Assembly: GCA_053919585.1 (NCBI GenBank)
Contig: CM132784.1
Origin: Euprymna scolopes
Lineage: Eukaryota
Strand: one strand, 5' to 3'
DNA: 64,000 bases
Below are positions 1 through 13,400 of the stretch, in pieces; the stretch's first letter is position 1, and every line of letters begins with the position of its first letter. The notes under the pieces are model-generated. The model was not told where the DNA came from and made no database searches. It saw only the letters and a program-made list of their open reading frames with translations. The translations under genes and the position numbers were made by a program.

Positions 1-2622
1 ATCTTTTGAAATTTTTTTTTTTTTTTCATAAAGTAAAATATGAATATTTTTAGAAAACCTGAATCATGCTGTATAATTTTTTATTAAATGAAAAACAATT
101 TTTTTTTTTTTAATTTCCTTATTAAGACTTATTTAAAAAAAAAAAGAAAAAAAAATTTTTTTTTATTACTTTGACAGTTGTATCAAAGCCAGATTCGATG
201 TATTTTGCAGGGTTGGCATGAAAATTGAAGTTGGTGATGTCTTTTGAAAACATTTTCAATTAAAACAAAAAACAAAATAAAAATAAAAAATCGAGAAATT
301 GATAAAAAAAATTGTTTATTTGAAAGTTGCTTTATTTATAAAATAATGTTTGAATCATTTGTTTTTGTTGGCATTGAATAACAAAAGGAAATGTTTTGGA
401 GGTAAAACTTGAAAAAGACATTAAAAAACATGGCTACAAAATAAGATAAAGTTTTCCTCACTCCAAGTTAAAAAAAAAAAAAAAACAGCAATTACAAAAT
501 GTACACATTCAGTTTGTGTGTTGGGAGGTGGCGGAGGGGGGGGGGGCAAGTGGTCGTCGGCTAGAATTGGATTGAAAGTTTTTGTTTGCTTTTCTTCAAA
601 AAAGGCAATTACAGAAACTTAAAATACTGAATTCTTTTTTTACTACTATCAAACAAGTTAGGGAATATTTAGAGGGGGGGCAGGTTGGAGTAGTCTTTCT
701 TTTTTGGAAATGGACATGGAAAGAAAGTTTCCGAGTTTTTTAAAATTGTTTTTACTGATGTTCACCTCAATATGCTTGCAGATACTTTGGCCTTCAACGA
801 TTTCATAAACGAACAATGTACTTTGCACGTCGATATTTTAGTGTGTGTGTGTGTGATCACTTGTACACGACAACTATACATTTGTAAATTCAAAGTTATG
901 AAATTTAGGAAGAAAAAAAAAATTCCATCATAAATGCATTTTCATTTTCACACAGAATTTTGTTTTCTGTGCAAATACTTTGAAATTTTTATTAGTGAAG
1001 AAAGCAAATATCGAGATTTAAATTTTAAACATGAAAATAATAAAACAAAAACACGTGTATATGAAACTTGTTTGTCAGAGTAGAATTTCAAATTGAAAGA
1101 AAAAAAAAATTTCAGAATTAAAAGAAATTTAAACAAAATTCTGATGCTTAGTCATAATACAGATCATTGGATAGGGAGGAGGAGGGGGGTGATGCGAGAC
1201 GTTAACTGCGTGCCCTGTTGGGGAGTAGGAAGAGAATATCAAAAAACAGTAAAATTTGTCTTTGTAAATCAGAAGGTTCGTAAAGGGAAGGTGGGGGGCA
1301 CATTTATTCTTCTTTTATCCCCAATATTTTCTTACAATCTTTTGAAACGAAACACGTGCACATGAATGTATTCGTATCGGAATTGAAGTTCATACTGATT
1401 TGGTAAAGGAAAAATAAGTCCAGGGAGAGTGGAAGGAGGGTGGATTTGTGACATAAGTGCCCGACTTTTCAAGAGGAGCCAGGAGAGATTTCACTATTGG
1501 TTGATGTGGTTACCCACAACATTTAGAGTAGCATAAACACAGATGCTCAGACCACAAAATACTGTAGGAGTAGTTTTAGTTTAAAAAGTATATGAGTGTA
1601 ATTGCTGACGTGTACATATATATTTGTATTTTTAGTATTGGACATTTCCACATTTTTTTTTTTTCAAGTCTCATGAAAATGCAGTAAATATGGTGTGGTT
1701 TTCACACGTAAATGTCAACTTTGTATACCTAGTAGAATGCCCTTAAGAAAAATTTTATTGCAAAAAAAAAAAAAAAAAAAAAATGATTTGAGATTCAATT
1801 ACATAACTGAATATATTGACAAAATGAAAAAAAAAAATCAAATTCCAAAAATCATGTAAATCAGATATTTTTATAAAGAAAGTCATTAAGCAATTAATGG
1901 GTATTCATGCTATTATAACAAATTTTGCAAGTTTCTTTGTTTCTGGACTTTGCTTTTAAAATGGCAGATAAGACAGCCTCTTTAGTTACTTTTGGTCAAT
2001 TGACATGATTTTTGCATATATTTTCGTTTTCTTAATAAAGTGGGAATTCTGGACAAGAACCAATGTTTTCTTTACAAGTAATCTTACATTTGTAAATATT
2101 TAAATCTTTGAAATGCATTTTTTTTTTAATTCAATTTTAAAAAAATTCTGCTTAACGTTCTGCACACAGCTTAAATGAATGAACCAAATCTCAAAAAGGA
2201 AATAAAACATAAAAAAATAAATTTTGTTCAAGAAAATACAACATAACAAACGAACTATATCATAAAAAGCCCCCCACCCAAATTTTTTTCATCAACTTTT
2301 ATTAACTGACAAGTTGAAGAAAAATTCTAATGTTAAACATTTACTTTTCTTTTATTTAAGATTGAATTCATCATTTTACATGAAGGCGCCATTTTGAATT
2401 GGAGAAAGAAACTAAACAAAATCCCTTCATGATTCTGTTTGTTACTGAACATTTTTTAGAATCAAATTTCAATTGAATTCACTTTTTTTAGTTGATTTTT
2501 AAAAAAAGCCTGCTTTTATTAAAGAAAAATTGATTTCATAGAGAAACAGCATCTTAAACTCAAAATTTAAACATAAGAAAAAAAAAAGTTTTTATTTTTT
2601 TTTTCTCTCAAAGAAATGTCTG

Positions 2623-2661
<39 letters not shown>

Positions 2662-3576
2662 AAACTTCAGTTTTCCAAATTCTGCAATTGAAATAATGAT
2701 AAAAAAATTCTAGTAAAATGGTTTTAACCAAAATATTTTCTCAGATTGGAACAATAAATTGATTTACAGAAATTTGGAAAATTAAAAAAAATTTATATCA
2801 CAGTTTGGTTTCATTTTTGTAAAGTTGAAATTCTATTTGACCCAAGAAGGAAAGTATTTTCATATTCTCAGAAAAGATGATCAAAGTTTATCTCAGAAGC
2901 AAAACTCTTAAGCATGTTGCATTAAAGAGAAGAATTCTTTAGTTTTTTTTTTTACAGATGCAACAAGAAATGTTAAATTGAGATTTCAACTTTTTATTTC
3001 TATTTATCTCAGGTTTTGGATACTTTCAGAGCTATTTTCAAGGCTTTGGAATCAAAATGAACTGTACATCATTAACAATACAGAATTCCTTGAAAATAGT
3101 GAAATAAGAGAAGTGGACATTGAAAGATCAGATGAAAAAAATTTTACTATAACTTAAAAAACATTTGCAGACATTTCTTTAAAAAGAAAAAAAAAAATCC
3201 TTTCTGTAAGAAAGAAATTCTTTTAAATAAGGAGAAAAAGGTCTGAGGAGGGAGGGAGTTCTTTACTAAACAAAAACATTAATAATTATAGAGAAGGGAT
3301 TGATTGCAAACAAAAAAGAATTTTGTTTGTTTTCCTCATATATTTTGTTTTTAAAGTGAAAATTTGCCTTTTTTCCAAGAAGGACGACGAGGTAGGAAAT
3401 TGCAGAAGAAACCAAAATGGCTGAAAGGAATCAAAGACGATGAAACATTTGGGGAACGGAGGATCAAGAACTGGTGTGTCCATTGGAACGGTAGGATATG
3501 ACAAGGGAGAGGTATTCGACAAGTTTCAAATTTGTTTTCTGATCACTGTATCGGTTGATTAATGAGAGTGATCACG
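1..3576 (-). other. Probable long 3' UTR / downstream region of TRIM37
   Basis: Follows the stop codon; few recognisable TEs, U-rich on the minus strand; poly(A) site not determined. Confidence 0.4.
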
Positions 3577-3607
3577 TCAAACAACAGATGAATCACCATC
3601 TTCAGAG
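3577..3607 (-). CDS. TRIM37: Probable TRIM37 terminal coding exon ([10 protein letters not shown])
   Basis: ttttcatttgctttcag acceptor, phase matches the previous donor, TGA at 3577-3579, followed by AT-rich UTR-like sequence. Confidence 0.62.
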
Positions 3608-6600
3608 CTGAAAGCAAATGAAAACTCAGATTTAATACAATTTGAAAATTTGATTTTCGAAAAACAATTTTGTTAAAAAATCATCGTTTGTGATCTGATA
3701 GATTTTTTTACATAACGTTTTAGTTATTGTCCAAAATTCACTTTATATTAAAAACAAAAATAATTGTTTGTTTTTTTTTTAAACTACTTGATCAATTTAT
3801 GTAATTTTTGGAATATGATTTTTTTGGTTTCAGCATAGGTCTATACACAATACATATTTATTTTTGTTTAAATTTAGGGGGAATTCTGGACAAGAACCAA
3901 TTGTTTTGTTGGTGTTCACTTAAAGTAGATCTCATAAATCTTTAAAAATGTGTTGATTTTTCGTTGGAAACTTTTTACTTAGAAGTCACCACTTATCAAG
4001 ACCCGAAGGCCACTTGAGGATAACGGTTAATGAATGTAAGGTGGTATAGTGTATATTAATGGCATAAATCGAGTAGAATTTAATTTTTCAAACTCTTGAA
4101 TTATTTGGTTGCCCATAGATTACATCCTATTTAAACATTCATAAGCAAAGAAAAATATTTGGATTTTTTTTCCTTTTTTTTTTTAAGTAAAACTTATCTT
4201 GCATAATTTTTTGTTTTAAGAAAAATTTACTCCGGTATTTGTTTTTAGAGATATTTGTTTTTGCTCTGTCGATATTGGTGTCGAGTTGGGAGTTTTTATG
4301 ACATATTTTTTTTGTTTTGTTTAGCAAGTTTTATGTTGATTTGTTTTGCTTTACAGTTAGATTTACCTCATATGGTAAGAGTAAGAAATCGATAAAAAAA
4401 AAAAGTCACGACTCTTCAGGGCAATGCCAGGTTACCCTGCTAGACTCCAATAAGTTTTTTCAAATACAATTCTGAAGTGCATAATCTATAATATTCCTTT
4501 GTATTTGTCCATTCTACTTTTCCTTGGAAACTACTGAGCCAATTTGATTGAAATTTTGTATGGACCTTTGTCATAAGATGCCACAAACTAAATATTATGC
4601 TGTTTGATGAACAGTTAAAGCTAATCGTATTTAATGCAGCCACAACGTTTATTCTAACAGCCATGAAGCACAAATTGCCCCTTTTCATAGTTTTAACATG
4701 ACAAAAAGTTTCTTAGTATAAATTGGAAAAAAATAAAAGTTTGTACCTTTATTTTGCACAATGTCAAACTTGGTCTTAAAAACTCCCAACTCGACACCAA
4801 TATTAACGGAGTATAGGGAGAATGGTCAACAAGTGATTGAAAAAAATATGTACATAGGTTTTAGAAATTCACTAACGGCATTAAACACCTTGAAAATGGA
4901 TAAGGTAAAGAAGGCCACAAAGATTTAAAAGTAACTTTAAACAAGACAGACATTGTTATAGAAATGTCCGTTTAAATGATGTCTGACCAAATTGTAAAAA
5001 GGGAAAAACGCTTGTTAAATGTTTCAGAGAGTCACTATTTTCTGAACAAAAGTGTATATGGTGACAGTGTTTTGGCAGGGACTTTCAGAAAAAGGAAAAT
5101 ATAAATTTGTTTTTACCGATCCTTGCTGTTTCCCTGGGAACTGAATTCCACCTGTGGACTTCCAGATGGACTAGTCCCACTATTTCCATTGTTGACCGAG
5201 GCACCACTGGTGGCACCACTATTGTTGCTGCTGCTGTTGCCACCCCCTCCTCCTCCTCCTCCACTCATCTTTCGTGAAGTGCTAGTTATCGCAGACACTG
5301 TGGGAGAAACTGTGGCTGTAGGCACTGGCAGGTGATCGTCGGTATCAGACTCCGCAGGAATATTGGAATTATCTTTGTTGGAAGATTTGAAAGAATTCTT
5401 CAAAAAGGAAAAACCCCAAGGAAGACCTACAAAACAAGAATAATAAAAAGAAAATGAAAACATAATTTTATAATTTTATGATTTATATATTTTTGTATTT
5501 TCTCAGTGGTAATGGAAATTTGTAGATATAAGCGCATATTACGCATCATTAGGCTCCTCTGTAATATTTAATATGGAATTAATGTTTTGGTATTTTCTTT
5601 ATCATAAGTTTTGATGGGATTATTATATTTACAATTTATTACTCTTTCAGTCTTGCAACTATGAGCTAAGCTAATGTAGTATCTTGTTTTTTCCTTAGTT
5701 TTATAATTTATTGTATTATTTTATATTAATATCAACAAACTACAACTGATTCAAACTGTTCAACAAGAACTGTAGGTATATCCTTAAGCAGGATAACTAT
5801 ATTTTACAAAATAATAAAATTATAAACATTTTTGTATTAGAGTGTATAAAAACCCCATGGGACTAACCATTTTTGGAACACCCAGGTGACTAACGCAGGG
5901 TTAAACAACTTACAGATTAAATGGTTGTGTAGAAGCAGTTCGATGCGTAATGATTAAAAATCTGTAATCGTCAAACTTTGATAAGAAACACTCGTCTAGC
6001 TGAAAACACTATCAATAATTCCCTCACACTTTATCTGTGCCTTATCTAAACGTAGATTCCATGAAAAAAGCTTCCGTTCCCCTGATTTCCAGCTGACTGC
6101 AATCTGGTTGTCTTCAAGTCCAACGTAAACAAGTTCTTGATGAGCTGTTCACCTTAGTTAACAAATTTACCTAATTTCTATTACTAACAATTACTATATT
6201 GTTCAATTAACTACTGTACACTATTAACCCTTATCCTCGAATGATCTCTGCGCCATGATAAATGGTGAAGCCTATGTAAAAAAAATCGAATCGTGTTTTT
6301 GTTTATCTCTTTATGTGTCATGTGGCAAGGGCGATAACTCTGCCTTCTTCGGTCCAAGGGAAATAATTGTTATTTATTTATTTTCTTTTTAATTGATACC
6401 TAACAATAAGTTATTAGCCACCCTCTTCACCAAACACACCTGATGGGGGAACCGCGTTAGTTGCCAATGACCGATAACGCAGCGGAGATCACGGGTTTCT
6501 AACATGAAACTAAAACTGTCCTAGGGTGTCCAGTCATCCCAGCTGTAGGTATGATTTTATGATTTATATATTTTTATATTTTTCCAGTGAGAATGAAAAT

Positions 6601-7434
6601 GTGTAAATATAAGCGCATATTATGTATCATTAGGCTACTCTGTAATATTTAATATGGAATTGGTATGTTTTGGTATTTTCTTTAAGTTTTGAATAAGATT
6701 TAAATCTGATAAATTGTTCAATTATGTATTATTGTTATAAAGTTTGATTTGAAAAGCAGGAGGTGACGATGGTCACGTGGTTAACATAAACCGACCACCT
6801 GGCTGTTCCAAATTCGAATCCAGTTCATTCCACAAAATCGCTTTCACTTATGTTGGCAACCTTCATATGGTCCTTTCCCTAGGTACAAGAGGTACTTCTA
6901 GAAAGAATTCTGATTATAAAAGTATTGGGAAAACCACTGCCAACAATAGAATCTTTGGATTCATAAGATGATTTGGAAAACAAACGCTGAAGCTGTTTAT
7001 ACTCACCAGATTCTTTTATTTTTGTGTAACTTGAATGTGACGCCACTTCAGATGGTCGCATACAATCTCTCTCATTTTCTCTAAATAAAAAAAAAAATTT
7101 AATTTGAAAGAATTGCGAATTTCATTGTCAAAGACATCAAATTTCCTTTAAGTGACAAACAGACAAAAATACTAAAACAAATGATTAAAATTTAAAAAAA
7201 AAATTTTTTTTTTTCTCGCTTTAGTAACTGATTTAATCAAATTAAAATTAAAAAATTTCTTGCTTACCCTGTCGTCATGTGCTTCTGCGTTGACATTGAC
7301 TGAGGGATCAACATTGAAAGGGATTCAAGGGATTCTGGATCGGAGACAGCTAAATTGCTAGAGTCATTCAGACAATTATTCACGGCTGAATGTAAATTCG
7401 TTGGATTTTCGTCATGGGACATCACACCTGATTT

Positions 7435-7467
<33 letters not shown>

Positions 7468-10400
7468 AAAAAAAAAATTAAGTGCTGCATTATAAGTGAT
7501 TAAAAAAGAAAATAAATTTTTTTAAAAAATGTATTTTCAGTAAAAACAGTAATTACATACTTACGTTCCAAATTACTAAAAATTGCAAATATTAAAAAAT
7601 TGTGAACAGAAGATCTGCTAGAACAACGTTTTTTATATTTATAAAAAAAAAAAAAAAAAATTAATATCGATCCACCATTTTTTGATTGGAAATAGCAAAG
7701 TTTAAGTGAAAGCAAGGGAGATAAGTCAGTTTGTTATGTGGATTAAACTGCATCATTCAATAGATTTTATTTTGTTGTAATTATTTTTCCACTCAACCAT
7801 TATTCATATATTAAAATAATTTTACGAATTTCAACATTCAATGCAATTACCTGATAGTTTTTTTAACTTAAAATTTATTTTTGGATATCCATTTATAATA
7901 ACACAAGAACTAAAGTGTGCAGAATCCAACTGGTGACCGTTGCATACACTTGGGTGAGAGAGTGTGGGGGTAGAACAATTATAGAAAAAAAAAAACCGGA
8001 CGTAATGAAGTATATCCAATCGTACATAATTAGTTTTGGAGAAGGGGGGGGATTGCAACACATTTAAAAATTAATTGCATCATTTATTTAAAATTCATAA
8101 ATAATCAAAACTAAGTTAAAATCAAAACTAAGTGGGGGAAAAAATGTTATTTAAAAACAAAGAGAAGATAACTCAGATTTACTAATAGAACTTGAAAGTA
8201 ATACAAACTTCAGGTTGATTAGATTGTTTTTAATTTAAGGTTATTTTACGCTAAGAGATAAATTGTGGAAGGTGTTCAAAATTTTTTTTTTTATGGATTA
8301 CTTTTTTAAAGATTTTTTTTTTTTTTTAATGTGCTTATATCACTACTAGCATACCGCCTGAAGTTGCCCGGTCGTAATTTAGAAAAGATAAATTGTATGC
8401 AGATTTCGTATTTATAGAGCCAATTCTCTAATGATTAATATATTGTACCCAATATGTAATAGTAGTGATTTAAAAAGTTTTAAAAAATATTTTAAATATA
8501 ACTTGGATTTTATCAGCTAGAATCGAAATCAAAACAACTCTCCAGTTTTATTTGTTACTATCGGAGCCAAGTCGATATGCATAGCAAAACTTTAAAAATT
8601 AATGTAGTTAAACGTATGTTTATTTGCGCATACGTAGAAGATACGTTTAGTCCTTATGTCTGTTCCAAGTTCCAATTTTTACCCCTCAGCAGCTATTTTT
8701 ATGGCCAGTTGGAAGCATCAAATGAATTATGAGCGAAACGTAAACTTTTGTGGTGCAAACAACGAGGTAAAAATTTCTTATAACAACGGAATTGTTCGGA
8801 TTTATTTTTCAATTTCGAGAATGGCAGAGAAACGATCAAAGGGAAATCACCAATCATGTATATTACAGTGGACATTTAAGAGTTATTGCCCTTGCATGAT
8901 TTTAATTTTTATAATCAACTATTACAATCTTTTTGGCCAAGATCAAAGTGTAGTATCTGTTCTTCAGATGCCGCACTTCCATTTCTTGTTCTCTTTCGGT
9001 GGAGGAGAAGTCCTTCACGACTGAAACAATTTTTATTTTTGTACCTTTTCTCCACGTTAAAAAACGACCCTGGTGTCTAACTTTCCCGTGGGGAGGCATT
9101 GTAAATAGGTAAAATCTTTCACCTAGATAGGCTACATTTTATTGAAAAATGTGAAAACTGTCATTCCAATTCTGCTGCCATCTGTTTCAGAGGGGGAATG
9201 CGTGAATTACAAGGTAAAGTTCTTGTCCAGAATTCTCCCTATGTGACAAAATAAAAAGAACGTGTGATTGTGACAAAACAAAAACCATATTCCTAAACTC
9301 CTGTAAATTGATCAAGTAGTTTTATTTTTCATAAAGAAAATCATTTTTAAATGATTAATAGGAATTCGTAGGCATTACAACTCTAGTATGAATTATTGTT
9401 GAGTTCTCAACTATTTTGAGGAATTTTTTTTTTTTTTTAATGACAGGCAAGACTATCACTCTTCAGATAGTCATAAAATTTGGTTTATTTAAAAATAAAA
9501 TTAATTGATCAATTTACATGATTTTTGGAATATACTTTCGCTTTGTCACAGGTACATACATCATACAGATTGTTTTACTTTTAATATAGGGAGGATTCTG
9601 GACAAGCACCAACCAACAAATACATAGTAAATGCAAAAGTGCGGAAAATCTGAGAAAAACATCAAATCATCAAGCAGTAAAATTCTAGCCATTTACAATT
9701 AAAGTCTCCACATGCCAGAAAGCCCCTTACGTTTCAAGTAGAAAGATGTTTGAGGTGGAGAGAGAGAAAAAAAAAAAAAGAGGCAGTACAAGGTCTAGTT
9801 CTGAGGTAGGGGTGGGGTTGAGCTGGAGAAAGTTCTTTGAGAAGCTAAAATTCACAAGTGATCCACAGTGTCAAATATTTCAAATGATTTTAATCGCATT
9901 CAAAATGTCCTATGTAGACTTCAACAGATTAGAGAAAAAAATATAGCAAAGTCTCTCTTTACATGAAACGTGACAGTAAAAATATGAAAGATGGTTTTCA
10001 GTTATTTTATTTACCTTCTTTCTAGAAGGTTAGACACAAGGTCAAGTGTAGAGGTTGATGAAAACGCATCTGTAGAACGAAACGGATTTGAACTTGGCAC
10101 ACCCAGGTTTTCATTTTGTGTTATCAATCACTTAACGTCACAGGATCCCTCGGTGTGAGACGAATGTAACCAAGATATCAGGGTAAACCAAAAGACTGTG
10201 CATAGTATCGTGCTGTCAAATATCGATTCTCACATCAAAACTGTTCAATATATTGAGCACCGAGAAAACTCAAAGATTCGTATAGGAACCAATCATTTGC
10301 AATCAGTCACGGTTTTTCTTCTCATCTTTGCAGCGGACACTCATGAAAATTTTTATATCTTTAGAAAATAACCAAAATAAATTCTAAGATTAATTTTAAA

Positions 10401-13400
10401 AATAATTTTTTTTATATAGTAATGAATTACCATTCATAAAGGCCTAAAGCCACTCAAGTATAAAGGTAAATGAGATTATCAACTGGATGACAAAACATGA
10501 CTACTTAAGATGACAGCTCGACAAGTATTTGTTGGCATCAAACTTGAAGAAATCAGATTGTGGTCTATAGGGAAGCAGTCCATAAATAGAAAACTGTTAG
10601 AAAGAAACTGTCCATGGTGAAATTGTAAACATAAAAATTGAGATTTTTAGACAGGAAAAAACGCTAAAAAATTTTTAATTTAATTTTATGTAAGTATAAA
10701 AAAAATGTTAATTAAATTTTATGTAAGTATAAAAAAAATGTTAATTTAATTTTATGTAAGTATAAAAAAAATGTTAATTTAATTTTATGTAAGTATAAAA
10801 AAAATGTTAATTTAATTTTATTTAAGTATAAAAAAATGTTAATTTAATTTTATTTAAGTATAAAAAAATGTTAATTTAATTTTATTTAAGTATAAAAAAA
10901 TGTTAATTTTATTTTATTTAAGTATAAAAAAATGTTAATTTAATTTTATGTAAGTATAAAAAAATTTTAATTTAATTTTATGTAAGTATAAAAAAATGTT
11001 AATTTAATTTTATTTAAGTATAAAAAATGTTAATTTAATTTTATGTAAGTATAAAAAAATGTTAATTTAATTTTATGTAAGTACAAAAAAATGTTAATTT
11101 TATGTAAGTATAAAAAAAATGTTAATTTTATTTTATGTAAGTATAAAAAAATGTTAATTTTATGTAAGTATAAAAAAATTTTAATTTAATTTTATGTAAG
11201 TATAAAAATTTTTTAATTTAATTTTATGCAAGTATAAAAAAATGTTAATTTTATGCAAGTATAAAAAAATGTTAATTTTATGCAAGTATAAAAAAATGTT
11301 AATTTTATGCAAGTATAAAAAAATGTTAATTTTATGCAAGTATAAAAAAATGTTAATTTTATGCAAGTATAAAAAAATGTTAATTTTATGCAAGTATAAA
11401 AAAATGTTAATTTTATGCAAGTATAAAAAAATGTTAATTTTATGCAAGTATAAAAAAATGTTAATTTTATGCAAGTATAAAAAAATGTTAATTTTATGCA
11501 AGTATAAAAAAATGTTAATTTTATGCAAGTATAAAAAAATGTTAATTTTATGCAAGTATAAAAAAATGTTAATTTTATGCAAGTATAAAAAAATGTTAAT
11601 TTTATGCAAGTATAAAAAAATGTTAATTTTATGCAAGTATAAAAAAATGTTAATTTTATGCAAGTATAAAAAAATGTTAATTTTATGCAAGTATAAAAAA
11701 ATGTTAATTTTATGCAAGTATAAAAAAATGTTAATTTTATGCAAGTATAAAAAAATGTTAATTTTATGCAAGTATAAAAAAATGTTAATTTTATGCAAGT
11801 ATAAAAAAATGTTAATTTTATGCAAGTATAAGAAAATGTTAATTTTATGCAAGTATAAAAAAATGTTAATTTTATGCAAGTATAAAAAAATGTTAATTTT
11901 ATGCAAGTATAAAAAAAATGTTAATTTTATGCAAGTATAAAAAAATGTTAATTTTATGCAAGTATAAAAAAATGTTAATTTAATTTTATGCAAGTATAAA
12001 AAATTTTTAATTTAATTTTATGTGAGTATAAAAAATTTTTAATTTAATTTTATGTAAGTATAAAAAATTTTTAATTTAATTTTATGTAAGTATAAAAAAT
12101 TTTTAATTTAATTTTATGTAAGTATAAAAAAATTTTTTAATTTAATTTTATGCAAGTATAAAAAAATTTTAATTTAATTTTATGTAAGTATAAAAAATTT
12201 TTAATTTAATTTTATGTAAGTATAAAAAAATTTTAATTTAATTTTATGTAAGTATAAAAAATTTTTAATTTAATTTTATGTAAGTATAAAAAATTTTTAA
12301 TTTAATTTTATGTAAGTATAAAAAGTTTTTAATTTAATTTTATGTAAGTATAAAAAAAATTTTAATTTAATTTTATGTAAGTATAAAAAAAATTTTAATT
12401 TAATTTTATGTAAGTATAAAAAATTTTATAGCACAACAGCACTAGTCGTGTTTGTATCAATGTGAATCTATATCCTTGAGTTTTTACAGACAAAACAATT
12501 CTCCAAGAATTAAGAGTACCAGGGAGATTACACTGCATATCTAATATATAAAAGGCCTTGGCAATGCTCTCAATGTTATCTGTTCCAATTCATGTTCCCT
12601 GTAAACGTTAAGATGAGAAGTTTGAAAGAAATACTTTCAGGTAATGTATCTTTGGCCATTGCTATTGGTGGTTGAGAACGTTTCTTGTAATTACTGAAGG
12701 AAACAAGCTTAATCTTGGCAGCATTGAATGTGACCATTTTTGTTTTCATTCCACTGAAGATTGGAGGTCTTCCTCCAGTGTTTCTGCCATTGCCTTAGAT
12801 ATGTGTTCATTTGTTTTCCCCTCGTTCTTGCTGTAGAGAGTGGTGTCATCAGCAAATATACCCATCTCAGAAACAATTTTATCAGAGAGGTCATTTATGA
12901 ATATCAGGAATAATAAAGGTCCAAGGATAGACCCCTGAGGTACTTCCACATTTATATCATACTGTTTAGATGTACGACCGTCGAGGACAACCTGGATTCT
13001 TCTCTTATTTAAGAAAGATTTAATTATGTTAAGTACTCGTCCAGTGTTACCATAAGATCTGATTTTAATGAGAAGACCATCATTCCATACCCTGTCAAAA
13101 GCCTTAGATATATCTAGGACTACTGCCCTACCTTCCCCTGCTTCGTCCACTGTATGGTATATACATTCAGAGATTACAGTTATGATATCTGCTGTAGAAT
13201 AGGCTTGCCTAAATCCATATTGTTGGTCGGTCAGAAGCTTAGCAGTTGTAATGTGATGGACTAGAGCTTAGTTAATTATGGACGCAAATATTTTGGCGAA
13301 AAGTAGGAGGAAGCTAATGGGGCGATAATTAACAGGTCAGTTCTTTTGCCAGAATTCTTGTAAACTGTTACCGCAGAAGCAGTTTTCCAGCAGTTAGGAA

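Noticed and set aside
3286-3522. 78-aa ORF downstream of the stop codon
   Set aside because: Non-ATG start, no recognisable homology or convincing acceptor; lies in the presumed 3' UTR.
8340-9130. Minus-strand Helitron-like element, and ORF 8656..9024
   Set aside because: Only a CTAG/hairpin-like end near 8345 is visible; the other boundary cannot be defined, and the ORF has no recognisable motif.
10015-10069. Candidate 55-nt TRIM37 exon (ctacag...ag|gtaaat)
   Set aside because: It lies within a degenerate tRNA-type SINE, and including it breaks the frame with the next exon. Exon 14098-14358 joins 7268-7427 in frame without it.
11181-11993. 270-aa and 232-aa repetitive ORFs on opposite strands
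   Set aside because: Artefacts of a stop-free 27-bp tandem unit in an intron; no splice or homology support.
12746-13150. Retron, group II intron or DGR-type reverse transcriptase system
   Set aside because: Motifs ([20 protein letters not shown]), poly(A) tails on sister copies and multiple truncated copies identify non-LTR retrotransposon debris.
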